Both the position numbers and the translations under genes were made by a program. A DNA stretch of 64,000 nucleotides from assembly GCA_964016885.1 (NCBI GenBank), contig OZ024743.1, positions 203,856,001 through 203,920,000 on the forward strand, read 5' to 3'. This DNA comes from Eledone cirrhosa (Eukaryota). Under the pieces are notes generated by a model. It did no database searches, was not told where the DNA came from, and worked only from the letters and a program-made list of their open reading frames with translations. Shown here piece by piece: positions 14,135 through 25,235 of the stretch (the first letter of the stretch is position 1; each line of letters opens with the position of its first letter).

Positions 14135-17100
14135 ATCATAACAAGAAACTAAAGTGGCTCAAACAGATAAAACTAAAGCAAGAAACTTTAGGGAATATCG
14201 ATAGATATGGCCGACATCTCATTAACAGATTAATTCAACAACAACAATAACAACACAAATATATACGGCAACACTACAGTCGACTCTGATGAATTATCGA
14301 TATTACAGCTACCACCTAAATATGCCACATATAGTAAGGTAAATATGATATTTCAGAAATAGAAAAATCATTTACAAAATTACGTTGGAGCCTCAAAAAC
14401 AAAAACAAAAACAAAAGTAACAACATACGCGCACACACACACACACATATACAACACACATCCCAACAACAACAGACACACAGACACAAACAACGATAAC
14501 AACAACACACACATCAACAATAATAACATACTCAGAAACAACAACAACAGACACGCAGACACAAACAACAATAACAACACACACAACAATAATAACATAC
14601 ACGGAGACAACAACAACAACACACATCAACAACAACAACAACAACACACACACTCATTCTATACCTCTCACCACCACCATACTCTTAACAAACATACAGA
14701 CACAGAAAACAGGTAATGAAAGTAACACAGAAATAAGGGAAGGTAATAGGATAGAAAAGAGAAGGGAGACTATGGATACTGACAGAGAAAATAACCAGGA
14801 CGAACACACAGACACACAAAATAGAGTAGATAATAACAATGAGCCAGAGGAAAGAGACAGGAGTAATAATGAGAGACATAGAAACAACCATGAGGCTGTT
14901 GGTGGAAATAGAAATAGAAACAACACAACTAACAATAACAATAGCATTAGTACAATAAAGCAGCAGCCTGGAACTCTACTTTTTATAATCCTTCCGATAT
15001 GTCATTCGAACTGCGACGAGTCCACGCCATGACTTTAGCTTTTAACAAACGCACGCAATTGCCGCCGCAGGTCGATGAACAAACAGAAGTACAATTTAGT
15101 ATAGCTAGATCTAAACTAAGAAATATTATACAACAGTATAGCAAGAAGCAAAATAGAATGGAGGCCCAGCAACTGGGAGAAAAATCTGCAAATGGCTTGC
15201 GTAAGCTCATGCAGCGCTCATGTAATGGAGAGATTGCATGCTTTCTAACAGATTAGTCTGGAAGAATGTCGGTTGCCAGCCTGTCAAACTACATCCAGGC
15301 AATGCAACCCACATCAGTAACACAAGAGAAGTAACACCACAAGAGCATGAGGATAGGAAAAAAACCCTCAATGCCCATATGATGATGTGGACAAATATAA
15401 TGCAGCCCAACAAAAGGACTGCCAACAACTTCCAGGCCTGGAACAATGACGTGCCAGTGTTGAATGGGCTTCGAAAAGACCATAAACGAGCAGTGACCTT
15501 GTCACAGGACCACCAACACAGCCAGTCTGTGGAGCTAACATTGCTAGTAACTACAGACTTTCCTACTTCCTCTCCCTGATCATACGCCCCATCACTGAAA
15601 TGTCCCCAGATATATGTGACAGTACGGAGGACCTCCTCAGCAGAATCGGCGAAAGTAACCGATCTAGGGACCTAACAAACTGCATAATAGTATGGATGTT
15701 GTGTCCCAGTATCCATCTATTGACGTGGATTTTGCTGTGGAGAAATGCGTAGAAATGATCAGTGAGAGCAATGTTGAATTCCGTGGGATTGATACCAGTG
15801 AGCTGGGACTCCTACTTAAACTTACCTATAGTAATGATTATCTAGATACATATGGCCTTAGCAACCTGTGCCCTACAAGACCAGTAAGAGACAGACCACC
15901 TACCATTACCTCAATGGCCAAGAAAACCCACACAGTTAGATGGAACGGGTGGATCAGAGCCAAACGAACCCCCGAAAACCACGATGAACTAAAGAAAATG
16001 ATTGCACATGCGGTGCGGGCCAGTATAAAATTAACCCTTAAGGAACATATGTTCAAATTGAATGGAAAACATATGCCCAAGAGGAGGGAGCAGCCATTGG
16101 TGTTAGCATTGCAGGTGACATAGCTAACCTATTCATGGTATGGTGGGACAATAGACTTAAACTTAAACTTAAAGAACAATTAGAAGACAACAACCCCTTA
16201 ACCCTGATAATGTACTCCTGCTACGTTGATGATATAAACATCGTAGTAAAAACACCCCCACTAGAGAACAGTCAGGAATTAGAGAAAAACAACGTGGAAA
16301 GCATCCAGCAAATAGCTAACCCCATGCACCAGAGTATTAGAGTTACTATAGACTACCCAAGCAAAGACCCCAACCATCGATTACCTGTACTAGACACAGA
16401 GCTCTGGTTAGATACCATTAATAACAAAAAACAAATCCTCCATTGCCATTATGCCAAACCCATGACTACCAAATATCTGATCCACCGAAACTCAGCTGTT
16501 TCGGACCATACCAAAATCAACATACTGATTGCGGATTTGGTACGGGTGATGAGAAACGTGTCCCGCATGTAAAACCCCAAAGAACTAGAGAGACACATAC
16601 AACACTTCATCCACCGTATGCAGTTCTCTGGTTACAATCAGAGAGATAAAATCAGAGTATATAGAGGAGCCAGAACCAAATGGAAAAAAATGGGAAATAA
16701 TGATACAAATGGGACCTGCCCCTTGAATAGGAGCAAATTTTGAAATAGAATAGAAAGAACTAGGAATAAGGTTAATAGAATAAACTCATGGTATGATAGC
16801 AATACATACCAGAGTGTAATGTTCATCGATACAACCCCTAGAGGTGAATTAGCTTACAAATTTAGAAGGGCCCTAGATAAACATAAACTCAATATTAAGA
16901 TAGTAGAAAGACAAGGTACCTCCATAAAAACATTTATTAGCAATACATACCCTTTTCAAAGACCTCCCTGTATAGATAAGAAATGTATAATCTGTAAATT
17001 AAGCCCCCATATTAACTGTAAAACTAGTAATGTAGTATATATCATAAAATGTACTGAAGGACAATGTAGAGATAAGAATATAGTGTACATAGGTGAGACA

Positions 17101-17803
17101 GCTCGTAGTATAGGGGAACGGATAAATGAACACTGGCGAGAGCTTCAAGATAAAAAAAGAATCATCTGTACTCCACCAACATGCTAAAATAGAACATAAG
17201 GGTAAATTAGAGAACATAGAAATAAAAATAGAATCTACACACAGAAAAGACGCAATGTTTATACAAATCTCAGAGGCAATACACATAAACTAACTCCAAC
17301 CAAAATTAAATAGAAAACATGAATGGAACAGCAACATCACAACTTACAATTAAGGACAAAATGAAAACACACACACACATAGGTCAAACAACCAACCAGT
17401 AACATGTAAATAAACAAATAAATAAACAAATATAAACAAACACAGAAACTCGGATGTAACACATGCGAAAACTAAGCACACAACACACACAAAAACAAGA
17501 TGGCGTAGGGCAGAATAAAGGAGAGGCACAAAAACAAAGAAAAGAATCCCCAGTCACTGAAGAGGTCACAAAATGTGTGACGAAAGAACTTTGACAATAT
17601 ATGAACAATCATCTGGTTGTGGAACCAACCAACCAACCGGAAATTTATAAATTCCTAAATTTATAAATTTAGTTTATAATAAATTGAAGTGAAACAATGG
17701 TGCGTGTGTTTCTTATTGGCAACATGACCCTCCCAAAGTATAACAATATCGGTTTCAACACACGTTTTCAGATAAAGAATCATGCTGAACAAATTCAGAA
17801 ACG
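14135..17803 (+). mobile_element. Penelope-like retroelement (RT + GIY-YIG), degenerate, with 3' pseudo-LTR
   Basis: Fragmented ORF: MDVVSQYPSID, DIANLFMVWWD, YSCYVDDIN, LPVLDTEL, VYIIKC..YIGETARSIGERINEH; HHR in 3' region; 5' boundary approximate. Confidence 0.9.
17553..17595 (+). ncRNA. Minimal type I hammerhead in Penelope pseudo-LTR
   Basis: GTCA-CTGAAGA-G-GTCACA AAATG TGTGAC-GAAA-GAACTT/TGAC. Confidence 0.7.
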
Positions 17804-17840
<37 letters not shown>

Positions 17841-17843
<3 letters not shown>

Positions 17844-18430
17844 GTAATGTGAGTTTTTCGAATATTAATAATAACATTCGATTCGTTTGCAATTATGCAA
17901 ACAAGCCTCAATTTTATAGCCATGTCAGTAGAATGAATCCTTCATTCTTGCTCTTGTGTTGGCATGCGAACAGAACTGCAGACACTAATGTTTCTGGGTG
18001 TCACCCTTCAATAGTACAGCTCACTGTTCACCTGCCAAACTGTCAGAGCTAGTGAAAATATATGCTATTTTCTAAAATACACAGTGACTGATCGGCCTGA
18101 TTTGCATATTAGCAGACTGGCTGATCAGTCAGATCTGCATATTAGCAGATCCACTGAACAGCCAGATTTTCATATCAGCAGTCTAGCCTGTCAGTTTCCA
18201 GTATACGAGCGATAAATGGCCGGCTTTGCCAAATTCAAATACAAAAGAAAATTTTGCTCTACATGGCTGAATACAATAAATGTAATCTGAGTTTTTCGAA
18301 TATTAATAATAACATTCGATTCGTTTGCAATTATGCAAACAAGCCTCAATTTTATAGCCATGTCAATAGAATGAACATTCTTGCTCTTGTGTTGGCATGC
18401 GAACAGAACTGCAAACACTAATGTTTCTAG
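17841..18430 (+). repeat. ~150-bp direct repeats (17841-17997, 18279-18430) enclosing ~35-bp subrepeats
   Basis: AATGTAAT.TGAGTTTTTCGAATATTAATAATAACATTCG...CACTAATGTTTCT occurs twice, 438 bp apart. Confidence 0.85.
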
Positions 18431-20050
18431 GTATTACCCTTCATCTCATCAAGGAGATCTTTGAGTCTCCTTTCCCACCATACCATAAAAAGATTGGTAA
18501 CATCACCAGCTATGCTGATGGCAATGGCTGCTCCCTCATTTTGGGTGTAGATCTTCTCGTTGAATTTGACTATGTGGCCCTTTAGGGTAGTTTTAATACT
18601 AGCCCCTATTGCATGCACAACCATTTTTCTTACCTGATCATTGTTTTGGGGGGTCCGTATGGCTTTTGTCCACCCAATCCACCTTCCCATGGGAGTCTTC
18701 TTTGCCATTGAGGTTATATTGGCGTCAGCATAACTTGCCAAACTGTTTATGGTATGGTGGGAAAGGAGACTCAAAGATCTCATTGATGAGAGCTCCGGAC
18801 CCCATCATGTACTCTCGTTACGTAGACGATATTAATATAGTAATAAGGACACCCCCACAAGAGAGTACTAACAAGTATGATTTAGAATGTAGCACAATGG
18901 AAAGCATCCAGCAGATAGCTAACTCCATACACCAGAGTATAACTGTAACTATCGACTACCCTTCCAAACACCCTAACAGTAGACTACCTGTATTAGACAC
19001 GGAACTCTGGATTAACACTATAGACGAGAGGGCCCAAATTCTCCACTCACACTACGCTAAACCCACGGCCTCTAAATACCTGATACTCAAAAACTCAGCA
19101 ATGTCCAGTAGTGTTAAGTGTAATATTCTGATCGCAGACTTGGTACGAGTGATGAAGAATGTGTACCGCATGTGCGACCCAACAGAAATGGAAAGACACA
19201 TCCAACACATCATCAACCGCATGCAGTTCTCTGGCTACAACCAAAGTATCAGAGTATACGAAGGAGCCACAGAGAAGTATAAGACCCTCATAGAACTGGA
19301 CATGAAAGGAATTTGCCCATTATACAGGAGAAAATCATGGAATAGCTTAGATAGGACTAAACATAAGATAGGGAAAGCAACTTCATGGTACAACAACCAG
19401 AGATATCAGAGTGTCATGTTCGTGGACGCTACCCCTGGAGGGAAATTAGCTAACCAGTGTAGAAAGGCCCTGAGAAAGACCCACTTAAGATTAAAGTGGT
19501 AGAAAAGCCAGGAACTACCATAAAATCCCTGATCAGCAAAACATACCTTTTTAAGAAAACCCACTGTACTAATAGGAAATGTATTATATGTAAAGTAAAC
19601 CCCCGGATAAACTGGAAAACTAGAAACGTAGTCTATAGCATAAGATGTACAGAGGGCACTTGCAGAAACATGACAACAAACTTTTTAGGCGAGACAGATC
19701 ATAGCATAGGAGAAAGGATAGACCAACACTTGGGGGAACTAAAAGGAAGAAAAAACGGTTCAGTACTATACTAACACGCCAGGCAACAACATGACGGTAA
19801 CATATACAACATAGAAATTAAAATAATATCTAAAGATAGAAATGACCTAGCAGATAGGCAAATCAGAGAGGCAAGTGAAATAGAGCTTAGAAGGCCAAAG
19901 CTAAACAGAAAAAAGGAATGGAATAACAACACCCAAACAAACAATACTGACTTAAGAGAAATTTAAATAAATAAATAAATAAATATATATATACACAAGC
20001 ACAATAACAACAAACACATATAAACACACACTAGTAAACTAAGATAGAAT
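18431..20050 (+). mobile_element. Penelope-like element (second family) with a 5' inverted segment at 18431-18735
   Basis: Plus strand YSRYVDDIN, LPVLDTEL, VYSIRC..FLGETDHSIGERIDQH; minus-strand 18427-18783 encodes the upstream RT part (EGAAIAISIAGDVTNLFMVWW). Confidence 0.88.
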
Positions 20051-20772
20051 ACAATAACCAAAACACAGTCACCCTTCCTTGTGTTTCTTCACCTTTTCGC
20101 CCACCCCGATGCAGCCCATCAGTCCTCTGTAGCCTCAGTACCCCACCCCCCTAATTTTAAGATAGAATTGGCCTATTACGCTTTTTATAGCAGATATGTT
20201 AGACCCCAGTAAATTGTTTTCTTTCTGGTTGCTGCTCCATTTCCGTGATTTCTATATTTCTTAGTGGCATTTTTGTTAGTAGTCTTGTATTAGTATTTAT
20301 GTATTAGTTTTCTGAATTAATATTTCGTATTAGTATTTTTGTAGTAGTATTTTAGTATGTTTGTTCTCAACTTAACCTGTCATTGTAAGATATCATTGCC
20401 TGATTACTACTAACTATAGCATTGGTGTTAGACACCCTGTAAAGCCGGCTTTATAAAATTCTTCCACTACAATCTTGTATTTAGTATTTTTCTCCACCTA
20501 TTAAACTTTTCTATAGCTTAGAAATACCAATGAGAGAGTTGGTGATTGTGGGGATGGAGTAGTAACCAGAAATTGTTTTTTATATATTTATTTCCTTATT
20601 TTTATGTTTTTTTTTGTTTACTCCCTTTCAATTTACCTATTCTTTCAACTTCCCCCACCCCCTCCCCTTCTCCAGTACACTTTTTTCGACCTTCTATACT
20701 CTATCCTTAGAATCTGCTGCATAGATTTCACTTTCAACGCATGACTGGGTTTCCCCCACTCCTTCTTTGTAC

Positions 20773-20894
20773 ATCAGAGCAAGTGGATACGAGAACAATA
20801 CGCAAGGCATGGCTTTTATAGAAGAGTAGTGTTACACCACTCTTCTATAAAAGACATGCCTTGCGTATTGTTCTCATATCCACTTGCTCTGATG
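20773..20894. repeat. Near-perfect ~58-bp-arm hairpin ending inside a hammerhead core
   Basis: CATCAGAGCAAGTGGATA...TATCCACTTGCTCTGATG. Confidence 0.85.
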
Positions 20895-20996
20895 ATGTAT
20901 TGACTGGTTGTCAACAAAGTATTGGAGATCGATTGACGCAATATCAAGCGATTAGCGAGCTCTAGACTTATCAGATCAACGAAACAATTGTCAGCA
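20885..20996 (+). ncRNA. Type I hammerhead with ~85-nt stem II insert
   Basis: TGCT-CTGATGA-...-CGAAAC-AATT-GTC/AGCA; insert and downstream tail homologous to 1929-2043 and 57314-57426. Confidence 0.7.
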
Positions 20997-21050
20997 CTGT
21001 GAATAAAGCCCTTATTGTACAGCAAACCATGTTACTCTTCTTTCTTTAAT

Positions 21051-21099
<49 letters not shown>

Positions 21100-21108
<9 letters not shown>

Positions 21109-21230
21109 ATATTTGGGGAGGGTCATATTTGCGTAATATTGCCAGAATTAATAACAGAACACACTCACTGTTTGGTTGGTTTTCGCTTCTCGCTGTCCTT
21201 TATATATATATATCTGCGATCTAACTTACT
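21100..21230 (-). mobile_element. Penelope pseudo-LTR terminal fragment (also at 30210-30355 and 44570-44850)
   Basis: Contains ATGACCCTCCCCAA(A/G)TATAACAATAT, shared with the 3' termini of the Penelope copies at 17.7 and 44.4 kb. Confidence 0.65.
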
Positions 21231-21289
21231 CATTCTCCTTGCCCCATTAGTGTGATTCTCCCTGTTTCATGTGTATTTAAAGTGTTTAT

Positions 21290-21460
21290 TCCAACCGCCA
21301 CACCACCACCACCAACAATGCCACCACCACCACCACCACCACCACCACAACTGTTGGCCCCTATCCCCTAACACACAGAACTATAACCCAACCACACCAG
21401 ACCACACCAGACCAGACTACACCAGACTACACCACACCACACCACACCACACCCACCACT
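21290..21460. repeat. (CAC)n/(ACCAG)n low-complexity tract
   Basis: Direct reading. Confidence 0.9.
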
Positions 21461-21764
21461 GCCCCAATACTTAGTGAAGTTGCCTAGTAATCAAGTCAAG
21501 TTATATTACTTCCCTTAACCCTTTAATGTTCAAACCAGCCAAAACCGGCCAAAATTGTTTATTCTTTTCTGTTGAAACTGGCTGTAACTGGTCGCTCAAA
21601 CTGATGTTAAGGTATTGTTCTCAAAATAAATACTTTCAAAATCTCATAGATTCGATATTATGTGAGGTAAAGCCTTTACCATGAAAATATAATAGTATAT
21701 ATAGAGTAATGTGAATGCTAAAGGGTTAAAAATCTCACTTCTTATATTAATGACAAACTGGGTT

Positions 21765-21870
21765 ATCCCGCCGAGGTTAACTTTGCCTTTCATCCTTACG
21801 GGGTCGATAAAATAAAGTACCAGTAATGCACTGAAAAATTGATGGCCTTGTGTCATAAGTAGAAACAATT
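21765..21870 (+). mobile_element. SINE family B fragment
   Basis: CCCGCCGAGGTTAACTTTGCCTTTCATCCTTACGGGGTCGATAAAATAAAGTACCAGT. Confidence 0.8.
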
Positions 21871-22236
21871 AATGACAACCTATACAACATTTACTAATTA
21901 GTCAATGCCTCCCCCCTCTCCCCGATATTTATCCCATAGTTTCAAAATGTTTTTATATTTTTATTTGCCAGCAACCAATCCTATGTAAAATAAACTGCCT
22001 CATTTTTCAGAGACCTTAAAAAGTTTTATATATATTAGTCATGTAATTTATATATATGTGTTTGAGTGTGTATGTATATATATATATCCACATATATTTA
22101 CATATTTACATATGTATAGGTGAATATACACACACATTTATCATCATCATCATCAATATTTTACGTCCATTTTCGACACTAGCATGGGTTAGACGATACA
22201 TGTGTATATGTGCGTGTGTATGTGTATGTATGTGTA

Positions 22237-22269
<33 letters not shown>

Positions 22270-22863
22270 GGTGCTACTGGTAACATGTATCCCAGTACAA
22301 CCTGTCTCATGGTCGGGTTGTTGGCGACTAAACTGGCAACCCCACCAAGGTTTCTTGGTGAGGAGGGTGACTTTGGACATCCTGCAGGACTAAAAACAAA
22401 ACCTGTCAAAGGGCAAAGGAGCTCTTAAGAGTCAATGGCCATCCAAAATCACCGGGAGAGATGACCCCTTAGCCTTTCTCAAGGCAGAATTCTAGGAGAA
22501 GGAAAACTCTGATATAACACCTGCAACCCTGATGGTATCCAATGATGTTGACTTGTTCTTCTTTTTGGTAAATATCATCTTGGTTAAGAGAGTGGGACTG
22601 GCTTTGTGCAGTGCCTTTGCTCACTATAAAAGCTTCACGGCACAGGCATTGCTTTATATCTGGAGATCTCTCTACACTTGTCGTCACATGGTACCATGGG
22701 CCCAGCACTATGTGTCAATAATTGTCACAAGTGTAGTGTTTGTACCAGAGTTTTCAAGTCGCTGGCTGGACTAAAAAGTCACACTCGTTCAGCGCATCGG
22801 TAGGGGTTCTCCTACATGGATATAAAGTAGTGGCCTTACTTGAAAACGAGTTGGCAGCCACAA

Positions 22864-22866
<3 letters not shown>
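22270..22866. mobile_element. Degenerate LINE-like fragment (possibly an RTE 5' UTR plus an inverted coding piece)
   Basis: GC-richer insert between (TA)n tracts; GGAGAAGGAAAACTCTGA resembles RTE 5' UTRs; no clean ORF. Confidence 0.3.
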
Positions 22867-22929
<63 letters not shown>

Positions 22930-23164
22930 GGGGAGAGCAGTCGTTGGAACATCAAAATGCTTTGTGGTATTTGTATGTAAAATTATATATATACATATAC
23001 ATATTAAATATTTTGGTAGGAAGGGTAAAGGAAAGGAGAGTGTTCTACGTAACTTACAGAGTTATTTAGTTATGAAATAAACAAAATAAGACAACTACTC
23101 CATCCACCAAACGTTTTACAAAGACAGACGAGCTTGAGACAGACGTCCGAAATCGCTCATCAGA

Positions 23165-23880
23165 ATCTATTTCATGCTCAACTGTTTCGTGTGGGTGCTC
23201 TATTCCCCAAATACACACATTGTGACGATTGACTGTGCCGCTCAAGTGAAAAGATGCTTCATCACTAAAAATTAAACGTGAAATGAAAGTTTCATCTACC
23301 ATCATCTCCAGCATCGATTCGCAAAATTCCATCCGCTTCCTGTGGTCATTGGTAAGTGCCTGAACGAGGCATAGTCTGTATGGTTTCAAATGTAGACGTC
23401 TTCTTAGCACACACCAGATAGTGGATTGAGGGATCGCAAGCTCACGGCTAGCTCGATTTGTGGGCTTCTGCGGGCTCCCCTCACACGCAACACGGATTCT
23501 CGCCACTTGTTCCTCCGAACCTCGTGGTCGTCCTGAACTTTTTCCTTTACACAGATACCTACCCTCTTGAAACTGTTGAAACCACCGTTGAATGTTCTTA
23601 GGAGAAGGTAGATTAATGTCGAATCGTTTTCGAAAAGAACGCTGCTCCATGACAACCGAAATTGTTTTCACGATCTCGAGAACGCAGAACGCATTTTGCT
23701 GAGGACTCGCCATTCTGAGGGTAAACAAAGAACTGAACGAGGAATGACGCGATTACAGCGCCCCTGTGGCAGCCATTCAAAAAACTCCTCTTTCAAATGG
23801 TCACTGACTCATTCCATGACGATGCTTGAGAACTGAAGCAATGCGTCATGACATCGGTTCATTCTTTTTGAATAACCCTG
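23165..23880 (-). mobile_element. Truncated Tc1/mariner-superfamily transposon
   Basis: TA+CAGGGTTATTCAAAAAGAATG end; ORF 23066-23728 with HTH, SGRPR and IFSDEASFHLSGTVNRHN; C-terminus replaced by unrelated sequence. Confidence 0.85.
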
Positions 23881-23934
23881 TATATATATATATATACACA
23901 TATATGTACATACATATATATATACATATATATG

Positions 23935-24279
23935 GAGGCACATGGCTTAGTGGTTAGCGCATTGGCCTTGCAATCGAAGGGTTGTGAGTTCAATTCTCAG
24001 ACCGGGTGATGTGTTGTTTCCTTCAGCAAGACTCTTTATTTCACATTGCTCCAGTTTACTCAGCTGTAGAAATGAGATGATAGGGACTGGGGTCCATATC
24101 ATTCCATTGCAAAGTGGTCGTGGAGGTGCCACGGCAAAAAGGCACCCAGCACTCACTGTAAATGAGGTTGGTGTTAGAAAGGGCATCCAGCTGTAGAAAC
24201 CAAGCCAAAATCAGTTCTCGTCCCACCCTTGCAAGCAGGGAAAAAGCGGACGTAAAATGAAATGATGAATGATGATGAT
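23935..24279 (+). mobile_element. tRNA-derived SINE (family A head) with an RTE-derived 3' tail
   Basis: TGGCTTAGTGG A-box, GTTCAATTC B-box; tail CACTGTAAATGAGGTTGGTGTTAGAAAGGGCATCCAGC...GGACGTAAAATG(ATG)n matches the RTE 3' UTR. Confidence 0.85.
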
Positions 24280-24291
24280 ATATATATACAT

Positions 24292-24548
24292 ATTAATAAA
24301 AGGAATTCCAACTTTGTCTGATTTACTCGTTTTATTTACAATCCTTTAAAATGTATAATGGTATTAAATGTTAAGTGTTAATTGAAGTACTTGTTCAATT
24401 AACACTTAACATTTAATATTCTACCATACTATTTCATTCTAAAACCATTATACATTTTAAAGGATTGTAAATAAACGAGTAAATCAGACAAAGTTTAAAT
24501 TCCTTTAATTAATATAATCTTCTATACACAATCATACACACCCGTGTA

Positions 24549-24556
<8 letters not shown>
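24292..24556. repeat. Fold-back element (same family as 46343-46778)
   Basis: Inverted arms centred on AAGTACTT (~24386-24393) plus an unpaired tail ATAATCTTCTATACACAATCATACACACCCGTG. Confidence 0.85.
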
Positions 24557-24614
<58 letters not shown>

Positions 24615-25235
24615 CACATATATATATATACATATATACATATATATATATATATACATATATATATACATATACATATATACATATATATATATACATA
24701 TATATATACATATATATATACATATATATATGTATATATATGTATATATATATATGTATATATGTATATGTATATATATATGTATATATATATACATATA
24801 TATATATACATTTATATACATATATATATACATATATATATATATCATCATCATCATCATCATCAACGTTTAACGTCCGTGTTCCACGCTTGCATGGGTT
24901 TGGACGGGGGTAGTCCCACTTAAGGCAAGAGTGATTGTCTTGCTCGCATAGGACTGTCTGGCTGGTTTTCTACAGTTGGATGCCCTTCCTAACACCAACC
25001 ACATTTACAGTGTGGGTCTGGGAGGTTTTTACCGTGTTGCCTACACGGCCACATTATAGCGTGGACTGTGTGTTTTTTTGTCGTGACACCTACACGATCT
25101 CATTTGTTTCGGCCTGGATGGCGCGGCACCAACATAACTTTACATAGAATGGGGTGGTGTGGCGGGGTGGGGGTGGTGGGACGGGGTGTATTTTGTTAGA
25201 GATGCCTACTGGCTGGAGTAGGTTTTACTATATAT

